From a virus, in the IMG/VR virus record IMGVR_UViG_3300037141_000243, positions 8,850-72,849 of that record: a stretch of DNA of 64,000 nucleotides. The stretch is one strand, 5' to 3'. This document shows, piece by piece, positions 1 through 9,084 of the stretch. Within the stretch, counting starts at the first letter, position 1. Every line of letters begins with the position of its first letter. Below the pieces are notes generated by a model. That model was not told the origin of the DNA. It ran no database searches and saw only the letters and a program-made list of their open reading frames with translations. The position numbers and the translations under genes are program-made.

Positions 1-174
1 GCGGACGTCCATGCGTTTTACATAAGCATACAGATCGCCGTCCGACAGGCGGGTCTGCATTTCCCCGCCATAGAGAGTATCGAACGCACCGCTGGCCTGG
101 GTATAGGGCAGGATGATCCGGGGCTCCATATAGTGGGGGCTAACGGTAACGAGGGCTGGTGCAAGACTTGACAT
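1..174 (-). CDS. Major capsid protein, N-terminal part (runs off window)
   Basis: Not in the ORF track. ATG at 174 follows an AAGGAG RBS and reads MSSLAPALVTVSPHYMEPRIILPYTQASGAFDTLYGGEMQTRLSDGDLYAYVKRMDVR, open to the window edge. Its position after protease, scaffold and decoration genes fits a capsid gene. Confidence 0.75.
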   Translation of the reverse strand, partial: MSSLAPALVTVSPHYMEPRIILPYTQASGAFDTLYGGEMQTRLSDGDLYAYVKRMDVR

Positions 175-187
175 GTTTTATGTCTCC

Positions 188-1066
188 TTAGATCAGAATG
201 ATGGCCGCGCAACTATTCCGATTCCACGAGGCATTACCCGTAGTCGCGTTATAGGTGACGGTCATGTTGTTGGACGAAATGACTTCCAGCACTCGGGCAT
301 TCAGGGCATGTGATGCGCCCGAACCCAAAGTCAGCGATCCGCCGGTAATCGTGGAAGCGCCCACACCTGCACCGGCATTGTAAACCACGGTTGATCCCGT
401 AGTGCCGGCCAAAGCGGTAAACGTGCCATCAAGGCCCGCGTACGAACCGGTACCTGTCAGGGCTGACACAATGATCGAATCGCCGGGACCGAAAGCAATC
501 GGGGCCGACATGGTCAAGGTAACAACGCCAGTCGTGTTATTGTAGGTACCGGAGCTGATGGTCAGCGTGCCCACGTAAGGAACAAGGAGCTGATTGACCA
601 GGTCCCAGCTTACATTCGGGTTGATGACGCCGGTTTCGAGATCGACCAGGGTTGGATCGCAAGCCACCGCGATGCGGGCGTTGGAGCCGTAGCGGTAGAA
701 GTTGACCATCCCGCCAGAGCCCACCAGACCCACTTCCGAGGTCGGGGTGGTAATGGCGGAGTAGTTCTGATCGAAGACCGAGAAGCCGGTAATGGCCGCT
801 ACGGTCGTCGCCCGGATGATGGAATTCCCCAGGGCGGTATTGAACGGTCCGCCTGCTGAGACCGGCTGGGAAATGTACTCGGTAATGGCAACGCCGCCCC
901 ACATGGGGAGGGTTTCGGTGCTTGCCAGGATACCGCCGGCAAGCTGATAGCGGACAGCGGGATCGCCGTAAGCCGTGCCCTGAATGACGCCGCCGGTAGA
1001 CGGATTCGGAAATGAACCCGCTGCATTGGTCGTCAGATTGGGCTGAATGTTGATAGTCGCAACCAT
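188..1066 (-). CDS. Head decoration/structural protein with an inserted beta-rich domain
   Basis: 292 aa, Gly/Thr-rich, motifs PMWGGVAITE and VNFYRYGSNARIAV; lies between scaffold and capsid genes; AGAGGA RBS. Confidence 0.65.
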   Translation of the reverse strand: MVATINIQPNLTTNAAGSFPNPSTGGVIQGTAYGDPAVRYQLAGGILASTETLPMWGGVAITEYISQPVSAGGPFNTALGNSIIRATTVAAITGFSVFDQNYSAITTPTSEVGLVGSGGMVNFYRYGSNARIAVACDPTLVDLETGVINPNVSWDLVNQLLVPYVGTLTISSGTYNNTTGVVTLTMSAPIAFGPGDSIIVSALTGTGSYAGLDGTFTALAGTTGSTVVYNAGAGVGASTITGGSLTLGSGASHALNARVLEVISSNNMTVTYNATTGNASWNRNSCAAIILI

Positions 1067-1079
1067 GATTTTGTTCCTC

Positions 1080-1937
1080 TTAGTTCAGGGTGTTGTTGCC
1101 GTTGGGCCGGGCAACAATACGTGCCTTGCGACCCGGACCGGAGAATGAACCCATCCAATCCTTCGAACGACCGTAGAAGGTGCTGATCTCACGACCGGTC
1201 TTGTCGCGATTCTTGATTTCCCGCAGGACACCAACCGGGATGTCCGTGGGATTCAAAGCCACGCCCATGCTGTCGGACATGATCTGGTTTTCCGCGATGT
1301 CAAAAGCTTCGTCGCTCTTGATGGTATCCAGATCGACGCCTTTCCAGACCGCGCTGTGCTTTTTCAGATCGGTCGTGACACGGCGGCGGTACGCAAGTAG
1401 GGCCTCGCCGTCCAGGAAGCGCGGGGCTGCATCGCCAAACGCTGCGTAGACGGTATCAAACTTGGCCTGGCTGGCGATGAGCGAACGGTAATCCGCGTCG
1501 GAGCGGGGAACCATGCGGGCCTTGAGGGAATTGATTTCAGCCATAAGGGCGGCGGAGTCAGCCTTGGCCTCTTCCTTCTTTTCGTCCTCGGCATCGGCTT
1601 TTTTGTCGGCCATCTTTTCCTCTTTGTCGTCTTCAGCGTCAGCCTTTTCTTCCTTGTCGTCCTCGGCATCGGCTTTCTTGCTGTCCTTGCGGGCTTTCTT
1701 GTCCGCAGCAACACGCTTGGGTTCATCCTCTTCCATGTCCTCGTCGGCGTCGGGCTTGGCCTTCTTCATGTCCTCGATGGAGTCCATGCGCCCGTCCATT
1801 GCGTCCATGCGTTTGCTAAGGCTGTCCATCGCAGAGCACGCGCTGTCTACACCTTTCAAGATTTTGTCGAGCATCTGGCCGCCATCCGCGTCCGCCTTCT
1901 CGGCATTCTCTTTGTCGGCATTATTAACGTCTGCCAT
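1080..1937 (-). CDS. Capsid scaffolding protein
   Basis: ATG at 1937 with AAGGAG RBS. Highly charged helical sequence with repeated KADAED units and C-terminal DKTGREISTFYG; downstream of the prohead protease. Confidence 0.7.
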   Translation of the reverse strand: MADVNNADKENAEKADADGGQMLDKILKGVDSACSAMDSLSKRMDAMDGRMDSIEDMKKAKPDADEDMEEDEPKRVAADKKARKDSKKADAEDDKEEKADAEDDKEEKMADKKADAEDEKKEEAKADSAALMAEINSLKARMVPRSDADYRSLIASQAKFDTVYAAFGDAAPRFLDGEALLAYRRRVTTDLKKHSAVWKGVDLDTIKSDEAFDIAENQIMSDSMGVALNPTDIPVGVLREIKNRDKTGREISTFYGRSKDWMGSFSGPGRKARIVARPNGNNTLN

Positions 1938-2032
1938 TGTATTCGTCTCCTTGGTTTGAGTGGTATTCCGCAAATAGTAATGGGTCCGGCCAACAAGTGC
2001 GGGCAGGCTGGTCCGGGTTAGGAAAAGTAGAA

Positions 2033-2866
2033 TTAAATAGCGGCTTGTTTGTTCTTCTTGGCGCGTCTTTTATTAGACGCGATTACCGCTGCGATTGTTC
2101 TGGCACGCGTAACAGGGTCAGACATTCGATCTTTAGCTGCTTTGCGATTAATTTCTGTTTGTTTTGCGCGATAAATTGGATCGGCCCAATTCTTGTTATT
2201 GCGTTTTGTAGTAGCTTCACGCGCTGTAGCCGGCGGGGGTCGCCCATACATCGGACTATTCTTTCCAGACATCGAAGCCCGGTATGCTTCATCCGCCCAA
2301 AGTTTCTTAGCGGCTTCGCTTGGTTTGCTGCTTGCCAAGCGGCCCCGGCTTATACTGTCGCGATGCTCTTGGGTAATTGGTATACCTTTCCTTGGGGAAG
2401 GCTTACCTTTATTCCACGCAGGAATACCTTTCTTCCCCGCACTAATAGCAGCACATTCTTCCAGGGAGCGTTTACGACCTGTTAAGGAAGCTCGTCTTTT
2501 TTCATTGGTTTCTTTTGAAGGAATATGACCGGACATACCCTCACCACCATCAGTGAGATTAGCCAAGCGGCCCGTACCGTTATTAATCCTACCAAATTTA
2601 AGAATTAGTATGGATTCATACGCAAGGGCGTCTCTTTCCAAAAGACGCCCGCGAATAATTTTTCTTGGTACAAACCCCAATTCACGGATACGTTTTCTTA
2701 TTGCATTTCGCTTGCGGATATTGGTGCAATGCTCATCAACATTTTCAGCGGCGGAGAAGTTTATACGACGACGCTGCCCTTTTCCAATATAAAAAGGATC
2801 AAGCATTTTTACATCCCGGTAAAGACCGTAAACGTAATATATTCTTTTTGAAACCTTAACTTTCAT
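2033..2866 (-). mobile_element. Free-standing GIY-YIG (LEM-3-like) homing endonuclease with NUMOD3-type repeats
   Basis: YYVYGL...FYIGKG..RR, E..LI..FGR....G.LANLTDGGEG, and basic repeats (SKETNEKRRASLTG, PAWNKGK); ATGA overlap with the protease stop. Confidence 0.85.
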
Positions 2867-3993
2867 CGTGAGCGGGTTACCACGTTTTTAGAGTGAATAT
2901 GTAAAAGAGTAAAGGCACGACCAAGCTGTCGATCATTATAAAGTGGACGACTTTCCTCTTCAACAGCATCCGCAGCAATCTCTTGGTTAAGAACACCAAC
3001 AGGATCGCCACCTTTATCCCAGACCCCGGCGCGAACGACCGCAATATGATCGTAAAGACTTGGCAAGCCCTCAATCAACAGTTTGCTACCATCTTCCAAT
3101 TCAACGGTATTGTTAACCGTGGGATCGCGGAAGACGACACAGGGTGATGTAGATAATTGTTCATCCCGCATCATGGTGGCGGCTTCGTCATCGTAAATGG
3201 CGATGATGCCCCAAACCTCCTGCTCGACCTCTTTCAGGTAAGGCAGCACGGTTGTCCCGATGATGCGGTCGGCAAATTCCTTGCTATTCAAAAAGCCCTT
3301 CTTAGGGTGCTCCATGATGACTGGCTTACCATTACAGCGGGCCAAGAATTCAGGGGTCATGTAAAGGGCGGGATCGCGCCAGACAAATTCCTTGTGCTTG
3401 TGGCGGTAGGCAACCCCGGTTCCTGTAATACGAATGGCAAAGAGCCACATGTTGTCGTAATGCTGCGGGCTTGTAAGTCGACCATCGGCAATGGCCTGGG
3501 CCACCCCGGTCTCGTTCATGGTAAGACGATCAATCGCAATCTGGCAGCCTGGATGTAAAGGCTGGGGCGGGTTATTCAGTGGTGCCCAGCACCAGCCTAC
3601 ATGTTCCCCGTCCAGCTTTACCATAAACTCATCATCGACCTGCTGTATAAACGTGGTGAAGTCCGTCTGTTCCTGGGGCGGGGTCGCAACGAGCGGGGCT
3701 GTGGTGGGTTGTGGCGGGCTTTCCAGGGCTGCTATGGGGGCAGGGGCCGGAATAGGGCTGGCAAGGGCCTGTGGGGCGCTAATGGAGCGGGTCCAAGGGG
3801 TCAAATCCCCCTTGGGGATAGAACCACATTCCTCTTTGGCTTCGCGGACAGCGCATTCCTCTAGGGTCTCATCGCCTTCCTGCTTGCCGCCGGGGAAGCA
3901 CCAGTAACCCGGCATGTCGCCTTTGTCAGAACGCTTTAATAGTAAGCAGTTGCCGTTGGGCGCGATGAAGAGGATTCCGGCGGCGGTAATCAT
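2863..3993 (-). CDS. NUDIX hydrolase fused to DUF2213 putative prohead protease
   Basis: Intact Nudix box GKQEGDETLEECAVREAKEECG, Pro-rich linker, then RITGTG, PVIMEHP, LSTSP and DHIAVVRAGVWDKGG typical of DUF2213. Confidence 0.85.
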   Translation of the reverse strand: MITAAGILFIAPNGNCLLLKRSDKGDMPGYWCFPGGKQEGDETLEECAVREAKEECGSIPKGDLTPWTRSISAPQALASPIPAPAPIAALESPPQPTTAPLVATPPQEQTDFTTFIQQVDDEFMVKLDGEHVGWCWAPLNNPPQPLHPGCQIAIDRLTMNETGVAQAIADGRLTSPQHYDNMWLFAIRITGTGVAYRHKHKEFVWRDPALYMTPEFLARCNGKPVIMEHPKKGFLNSKEFADRIIGTTVLPYLKEVEQEVWGIIAIYDDEAATMMRDEQLSTSPCVVFRDPTVNNTVELEDGSKLLIEGLPSLYDHIAVVRAGVWDKGGDPVGVLNQEIAADAVEEESRPLYNDRQLGRAFTLLHIHSKNVVTRSR

Positions 3994-5168
3994 TTACCCC
4001 AAGCATCCAAATCTTTACGGCTGAATTTGTCATTCAGAATTTGGCTGATCAAATCGGATTTGGATGACCCTTTAGTATCGTAAATGCGGTGATTGCGCTT
4101 GACCTCGCCTTCAAGGTATTGGCGACTGGCCGCCTTGAGTTGTTTGTATTCTTTGTCAATGTCCGCTGGTTCGGCGTCCGCCCCAATCCGCAGCCCGACG
4201 CGAGCTTTGACCTTGGTATCGGTGCTGTCGCCACGGGCAGCAACATGCCTTACAGAATACACACCCCCAACCTTATCAATTCGATTACCACGATTGGCTT
4301 CCTCCTTAGCTGCCTTTTCAGACGAATACCGTTTTGACCCATTCTTATTGTCGTTGGGCGACTCTTTATTACGGTAATCAATTACCCAGTATTCGGGGTC
4401 AGCAGCATCGGCCCTCGCCTTCAAGCTATCGGTGCGGTCCAGTATCTTACGCAACTTTTCGCCGTCCGGCTTAACCGCATCATTCCGAAAGGAATTAACC
4501 GTTTTCCACTTTCCAGCTTCTTTATCGCCCATCCGTTCGTGAGCGATTCGGACAGCATCTTGTTCGTTTGTGGCCCTGACGCGATGTTCTTTACGGTCAT
4601 CACCCTTTGATAAAGTAACAGTCCAAGAGCGTAGGGCTGCGTCCGGCCTGGGACCGATGCCAGGCTTTTCCGCAATGCCCTTGACCACGCCGGCTGTCGT
4701 CTCGCTGTCGGCTTTACCGCTATTGACAATCTTTTCGTATTCTCTGATACGCTTTTTTATTGTGGTAATACGATCAGGATCTTCTTCGCCTATAAGCTCT
4801 TTCTTTAGGCGAGCAATAGAGGCTGACGGATTTGGTTCCGCATCCGCCCTAGCCGCTACCGCTTGCAGCTTGTCGATCTTGGCGTTGATCTCGCGGATGT
4901 AATCGTCGTAGGTCCATTTTTCAGGGCCTTGGACCTTGCGCTGTTCGGCCCTCACCTTGGTCAGCTCATCGCGGAGCATGGACAAGGATCGCAGGGCGGC
5001 ATCGGTGGCGTCGTCTTTAGTAGAGCCTTTGGCAGACTTCTCAGCCACCTTAGCTTCAGCATCATAGCCCCTTTGCCACTCCCCGTTAGCCTTGGACCCG
5101 GCAGGATGCGGATTGCTTTTGGCCTTGCCAGACTTCCACGCGTCCCGTCCTGAAGCAGTTTCAGACAT
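3990..5168 (-). CDS. Putative internal head (cargo) polyprotein with N-terminal Rmf/CrpP-like module
   Basis: AAGGAG RBS; short charged modules separated by [KR]xD[AS] motifs; head operon position. Confidence 0.6.
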   Translation of the reverse strand: MSETASGRDAWKSGKAKSNPHPAGSKANGEWQRGYDAEAKVAEKSAKGSTKDDATDAALRSLSMLRDELTKVRAEQRKVQGPEKWTYDDYIREINAKIDKLQAVAARADAEPNPSASIARLKKELIGEEDPDRITTIKKRIREYEKIVNSGKADSETTAGVVKGIAEKPGIGPRPDAALRSWTVTLSKGDDRKEHRVRATNEQDAVRIAHERMGDKEAGKWKTVNSFRNDAVKPDGEKLRKILDRTDSLKARADAADPEYWVIDYRNKESPNDNKNGSKRYSSEKAAKEEANRGNRIDKVGGVYSVRHVAARGDSTDTKVKARVGLRIGADAEPADIDKEYKQLKAASRQYLEGEVKRNHRIYDTKGSSKSDLISQILNDKFSRKDLDAWGK

Positions 5169-5174
5169 GTACAA

Positions 5175-5297
5175 TTAACTCCTTATACCGGATACATACT
5201 TCATCAGCTTTTCCCAAAAGGATAACGGGGGCGGGGGCGGTTTCATTGGTACGGGCGCAACGACGGGCTTGCGCTTCTTGGGTTTAGGTTTGGTCAT
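5175..5297 (-). CDS. Small basic Pro-rich protein (40 aa)
   Basis: MTKPKPKKRKPVVAPVPMKPPPPPLSFWEKLMKYVSGIRS; fills the gap between two larger genes. Confidence 0.35.
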   Translation of the reverse strand: MTKPKPKKRKPVVAPVPMKPPPPPLSFWEKLMKYVSGIRS

Positions 5298-5316
5298 GCG
5301 TAAGCCTGCCGCCCGG

Positions 5317-8106
5317 TCACGGCGCTACGTCGTAGGCGTACCGCGCCCCGACGATATAATTGCTTGAGTTGTGGAGCATCGTTGCAACATAACCGGCGTA
5401 GGTCTTGGTGTTTGCGTATCCGAGTTGTGAAGCCCCAGCCAAGACGCCAAACGGGTAGCAGGTATAGTCCACTGACGCAGTCAGTCCGACTCGATACCCA
5501 CCATTAAACTGGTCAATAGCAAGCGCGTCTATCATAGCTTGGGTTAGGGCAGCCGTGTTGTACCCCTGGGCATACATTGTGATCGGACTTCCAGAACTAC
5601 CCACTGTCTGAGAGGTGTCTACGGTGTAAGTCCCGACTTGCCCTAACGGAGAACCCCCCTGCGTAGTAATATGCGTACCGATTGTTACACCCGCCCCAGA
5701 AAGCGGCCCGGGATTGATGCTGCCAAAGAATGGCGCGCTTGCCCCAAACGTAGCACTTGCGGCTGCAAGTTCAGACGCATCAGTAGATATGGCGGTTACA
5801 GTTAACGTCGTCCCACTTATGTATCCTGTGAATACTGAGCGGCACAGCGCGGCTTTATTCCAGTGATAAACTCCCCAGGCTCCAGTAGTCGAAGCATCTC
5901 CGGCAGACTGTAAGTAATAATCTCCCGCAGGCAACAATCCGTTACGCGGGGGCGGTCCGAGGTCTTGATAGAGATAGTCGTTGGCTAGGAAGTAAGGACC
6001 ACAGTATGCCACGGGCCAACCCGATGTTCCGTTCGTTCTCCAAAGCGTGTTGTTTAGCGCAAAGGCGAACAACGTAGTAAGACCTGTCGAGACTCCAGCA
6101 GTCGTCTCAAGAAGCTGCCCGAGCATCATAGAGGTATTGAAATAGTCATTCTGCCAGTTCTCGTTCTGTCCTAGCCGTCCTATGTTTCCAGAGAACGCCG
6201 GGAAAACGTTGGCCCCGGTCACTCCGGGCTGTGTGATGAAGATTTCTGTAAAATACGCACAGTTACTTTTCAATAAGGTTAGAAACACCGAGGACGGAAG
6301 AAGCCACGCAGGAACCGCACCGTATGTCTGCTCGTAGGTATGGGTGACAAACCAGGCGTTGATGAGGGATCGAAAGGCCCAAGCTGCGTCGCGCGTTATT
6401 TGCGGTTGTATGACAGGACTGTTCCCAAAGCCGAAGTGGTTAAAATTTCCATATAGACTATAAAAATTATAATACTGCGTCTCCATGAAGCCGTCATTGC
6501 AATCTTTTTGGGCAGCTTCTATAAAACACGGGTCCCATGTCGCCAAAGCTGCGATACTTGCAGTATTCGGATAGTGACTCTCATCCATAACTACAGGACT
6601 GAGAACTATCGTATCCATGGACTGGCTAGTAATGGGGCTGGGATATCCAAATAGGCCATCTATTGCGTATGTACCGATCCCGCCAGGCGTTCCGCTAAGT
6701 TGGCTTAGTATCGATCTGCTTTGGAGGGCACCGTTAGGAAATTGCTGGTAAGGCCCAACAACACCGGAGGCAACGGCGGTTACATTCATCACGCCTGATT
6801 GTGAGGACATTGTACAACTGGTTAGATTTCCGGGATTGGCCGCGCCAGACATTTGGAACGTCGCTCCAGGAGAGCCGCCAGGGGTTCCTGTTAGCTGGCT
6901 GACGATTGTGACGCCAAAATAAATAGTATTTGTTCCGTCAGACCCGGTTATATAATCCCCCGGCCAGAGTGTGCCAGTAATGCCAGACCCCATTATCATA
7001 GTGGTGCCAGAGGTCGTGCTTCCGCTGAATGCCCCGGCAACCTCGGCAGTAAAGATTGCGGCGGCGGGTGAGTTGCTCGCGAGCCACCCGATGCCCTTAA
7101 CAAAAGGGGTAAGGCCACCTTGACCGTAAGCCCCGTAAGAGTTTGCCCCCGGATAGGTCGTTAAATTTATCAGTGTATCCCCAGATGACGTCTCATCTCG
7201 ATACCAATTCGGGATGGCATTTGACCCTTCAGCCCAGTCAAGAAACGCATTAGCGTAAGTTACGCTTCCGTATGTCGGAGAACCAACACCGCTTGGGTTG
7301 ATGAGCCACTGGCCCTGAGACTCGGAAATAGCCCCGAGGTCATCGCGTTCGCCGGTGGCCCCCATTGCCGGATAAATCCCGGCGAGGCTCATCGGGCCGG
7401 TGTAAACAACAGGACCACCAGGGCCACCTTTACCTGGGTCCCAAGTGGAACCAGAACTGTTGTTCGTGAACGGGTAGGTGATCCCAGTGTAGGGTGTCTG
7501 GCTCATTGGGAGATGCCAGCCGTTACTCATTATCGTAGCCGGGGTGTTGGCTATCGGACGGCGTGCCGACTGATACCGCCAGCGTGTCCACCAATAATGG
7601 ACAGGAACATTCTGAGTCAGAATTGTTGTGCCATTTTTCTTTAAGACAACGCTGTATGCGTAACTGACGCTTGGATCATAAATTAAATTATAGGGGCTAC
7701 CGCTGAAGGCGGTCCCGAACTCGACCATGAGTTCAATTCGACCAGAATATGCTGGGCTTGCTGCGTCCGGATTGAAGTAAAGTCGGAGGGGACACCCGGC
7801 CACCATCAGCCGGTAGTGGTGCATCGTGAAGCTCGGCCCGACGAAATCCCCGAGGTTCGTCGCGCTCGCCATGTCGAAGGTATAGACACCCCCGCCATTT
7901 GCCGGAGCCATCGTAACCGTAGCGACAAGGCCGCCAACAGGAAAGCCGACCGGCGGGATAACACCCATGTTAAGGGCCTTGACCGGCTTAGGCATTGCCG
8001 TGCAGGAGACGGCAAGCGCGAGCCCCACCATAAACCTCCTGCGCGATGGGTTTGTGCCGTCTGCCGCAATGGTAGTGGCCAATAATTTCGCGCGATATTT
8101 AGTCAC
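5317..8106 (-). CDS. Large Tat-signal protein, putative polysaccharide lyase/hydrolase-like domain with inserted Gly/Thr beta repeats
   Basis: SRRRFMVGLALAVSCTAMPKPVKA twin-arginine signal; aromatic-rich core (HYWWTRWRYQS, GERDDLG, DESHYP, RDAAWAFRSL, WQNDYF); repeats such as SQLTGTPGG, GIGTYAID and GQVGTYTVDTSQTV. The enzyme call is tentative. Confidence 0.6.
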   Translation of the reverse strand: MTKYRAKLLATTIAADGTNPSRRRFMVGLALAVSCTAMPKPVKALNMGVIPPVGFPVGGLVATVTMAPANGGGVYTFDMASATNLGDFVGPSFTMHHYRLMVAGCPLRLYFNPDAASPAYSGRIELMVEFGTAFSGSPYNLIYDPSVSYAYSVVLKKNGTTILTQNVPVHYWWTRWRYQSARRPIANTPATIMSNGWHLPMSQTPYTGITYPFTNNSSGSTWDPGKGGPGGPVVYTGPMSLAGIYPAMGATGERDDLGAISESQGQWLINPSGVGSPTYGSVTYANAFLDWAEGSNAIPNWYRDETSSGDTLINLTTYPGANSYGAYGQGGLTPFVKGIGWLASNSPAAAIFTAEVAGAFSGSTTSGTTMIMGSGITGTLWPGDYITGSDGTNTIYFGVTIVSQLTGTPGGSPGATFQMSGAANPGNLTSCTMSSQSGVMNVTAVASGVVGPYQQFPNGALQSRSILSQLSGTPGGIGTYAIDGLFGYPSPITSQSMDTIVLSPVVMDESHYPNTASIAALATWDPCFIEAAQKDCNDGFMETQYYNFYSLYGNFNHFGFGNSPVIQPQITRDAAWAFRSLINAWFVTHTYEQTYGAVPAWLLPSSVFLTLLKSNCAYFTEIFITQPGVTGANVFPAFSGNIGRLGQNENWQNDYFNTSMMLGQLLETTAGVSTGLTTLFAFALNNTLWRTNGTSGWPVAYCGPYFLANDYLYQDLGPPPRNGLLPAGDYYLQSAGDASTTGAWGVYHWNKAALCRSVFTGYISGTTLTVTAISTDASELAAASATFGASAPFFGSINPGPLSGAGVTIGTHITTQGGSPLGQVGTYTVDTSQTVGSSGSPITMYAQGYNTAALTQAMIDALAIDQFNGGYRVGLTASVDYTCYPFGVLAGASQLGYANTKTYAGYVATMLHNSSNYIVGARYAYDVAP

Positions 8107-8109
8107 GGG

Positions 8110-9084
8110 TCAGCAGCCCAATGCGTTTGCTTGCCACGATGCGCAAGACCAATAGCGGAAAGATTGGATATACATATCAATAGCGCTGGGTGGCGAACCA
8201 CAGTTCGGCTGTCCCCCGCCGCATTGTTCGGCCATCCACATATTAACAATGTGAAGCTGGCTTTCTGTGTCTGCGGTAGTTGAGCCACTGGTCACGACAC
8301 TATGATCGTAATACCAGACAATCCCCGGCCCTCCGCCACATGCCCCTGATCCCACAAATGTTCCGCACCATAAAATTCCGATTGTGTGAAACACTGTTGG
8401 GTCGCCGGGCGATACTGAGCCAGACGCACCAGAACTGTTGGTCGTCCCATTGCACTGTGCATCGCCGGGGCCGTTTGTCTGATGCAAGGTCACATGCAAC
8501 GTGCTGTCGGTATTGTAGCTCCACTCGTTGTCTATTTCGCTATACGGTGGCGCTGTTCCAGATACGGGTAATGTGGGAAAGCCTTGTGCCAGACAATTTT
8601 TCCCGGTCGTGAGCCCGAGTAACCATTCTGCACCCCATGCGGCAGTGTTGTTCGGCGTGTATCTTACGACCCACTCATAATAGCCATGACCAAAAGCGCG
8701 GTAGGTCGAAAGCGATCTATCGCCGGACGAAATTGTAGGCAACGGGCAAAGCGTTCCGGGGTTTGTAGTCGGTAGTGGGCATCCAGTTGTTGCAAAGGCT
8801 GTTACCCATTGCAGATGAATATTCCCGCTTGCGTCAACGCTGATGTAAGAAGATGGCACCGAATAAAAGCTCGGCGCTCCTTGCCACAGTCCATTGTGCC
8901 ACATATGGCCGGCGGCTGTTCCGGTTTGGTCAATGTCAAAGCCGGTAGCTGCGTCCTGATTGCTGGCAAGCGTTGAGAATAGATTGGCGCTGGCTTCAAT
9001 CGGCGGGGTTAGGTTTTCAGTCGGAACAACGCCGCCAAAGGCGCAGAGGCTTGCCCATAGGGCGACGACGATAGTTAGTCGCAT
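8110..9084 (-). CDS. Secreted GH16-like glycoside hydrolase
   Basis: Hydrophobic N-terminal signal; GH16 pattern FGHGYYE...AWGAEWLL...EIDNE (E-x-D-x-E catalytic motif)...FHTIGILW...WYYD...MYIQSFRYW; several Cys pairs. Confidence 0.7.
   Translation of the reverse strand: MRLTIVVALWASLCAFGGVVPTENLTPPIEASANLFSTLASNQDAATGFDIDQTGTAAGHMWHNGLWQGAPSFYSVPSSYISVDASGNIHLQWVTAFATTGCPLPTTNPGTLCPLPTISSGDRSLSTYRAFGHGYYEWVVRYTPNNTAAWGAEWLLGLTTGKNCLAQGFPTLPVSGTAPPYSEIDNEWSYNTDSTLHVTLHQTNGPGDAQCNGTTNSSGASGSVSPGDPTVFHTIGILWCGTFVGSGACGGGPGIVWYYDHSVVTSGSTTADTESQLHIVNMWMAEQCGGGQPNCGSPPSAIDMYIQSFRYWSCASWQANALGC

Noticed and set aside
1938-2866. Group I intron splitting protease and scaffold around the GIY-YIG gene
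   Set aside because: The endonuclease overlaps the protease stop, fewer than 100 nt of flank remain with no recognisable P/Q/R/S core, and the scaffold has its own AAGGAG RBS and ATG.
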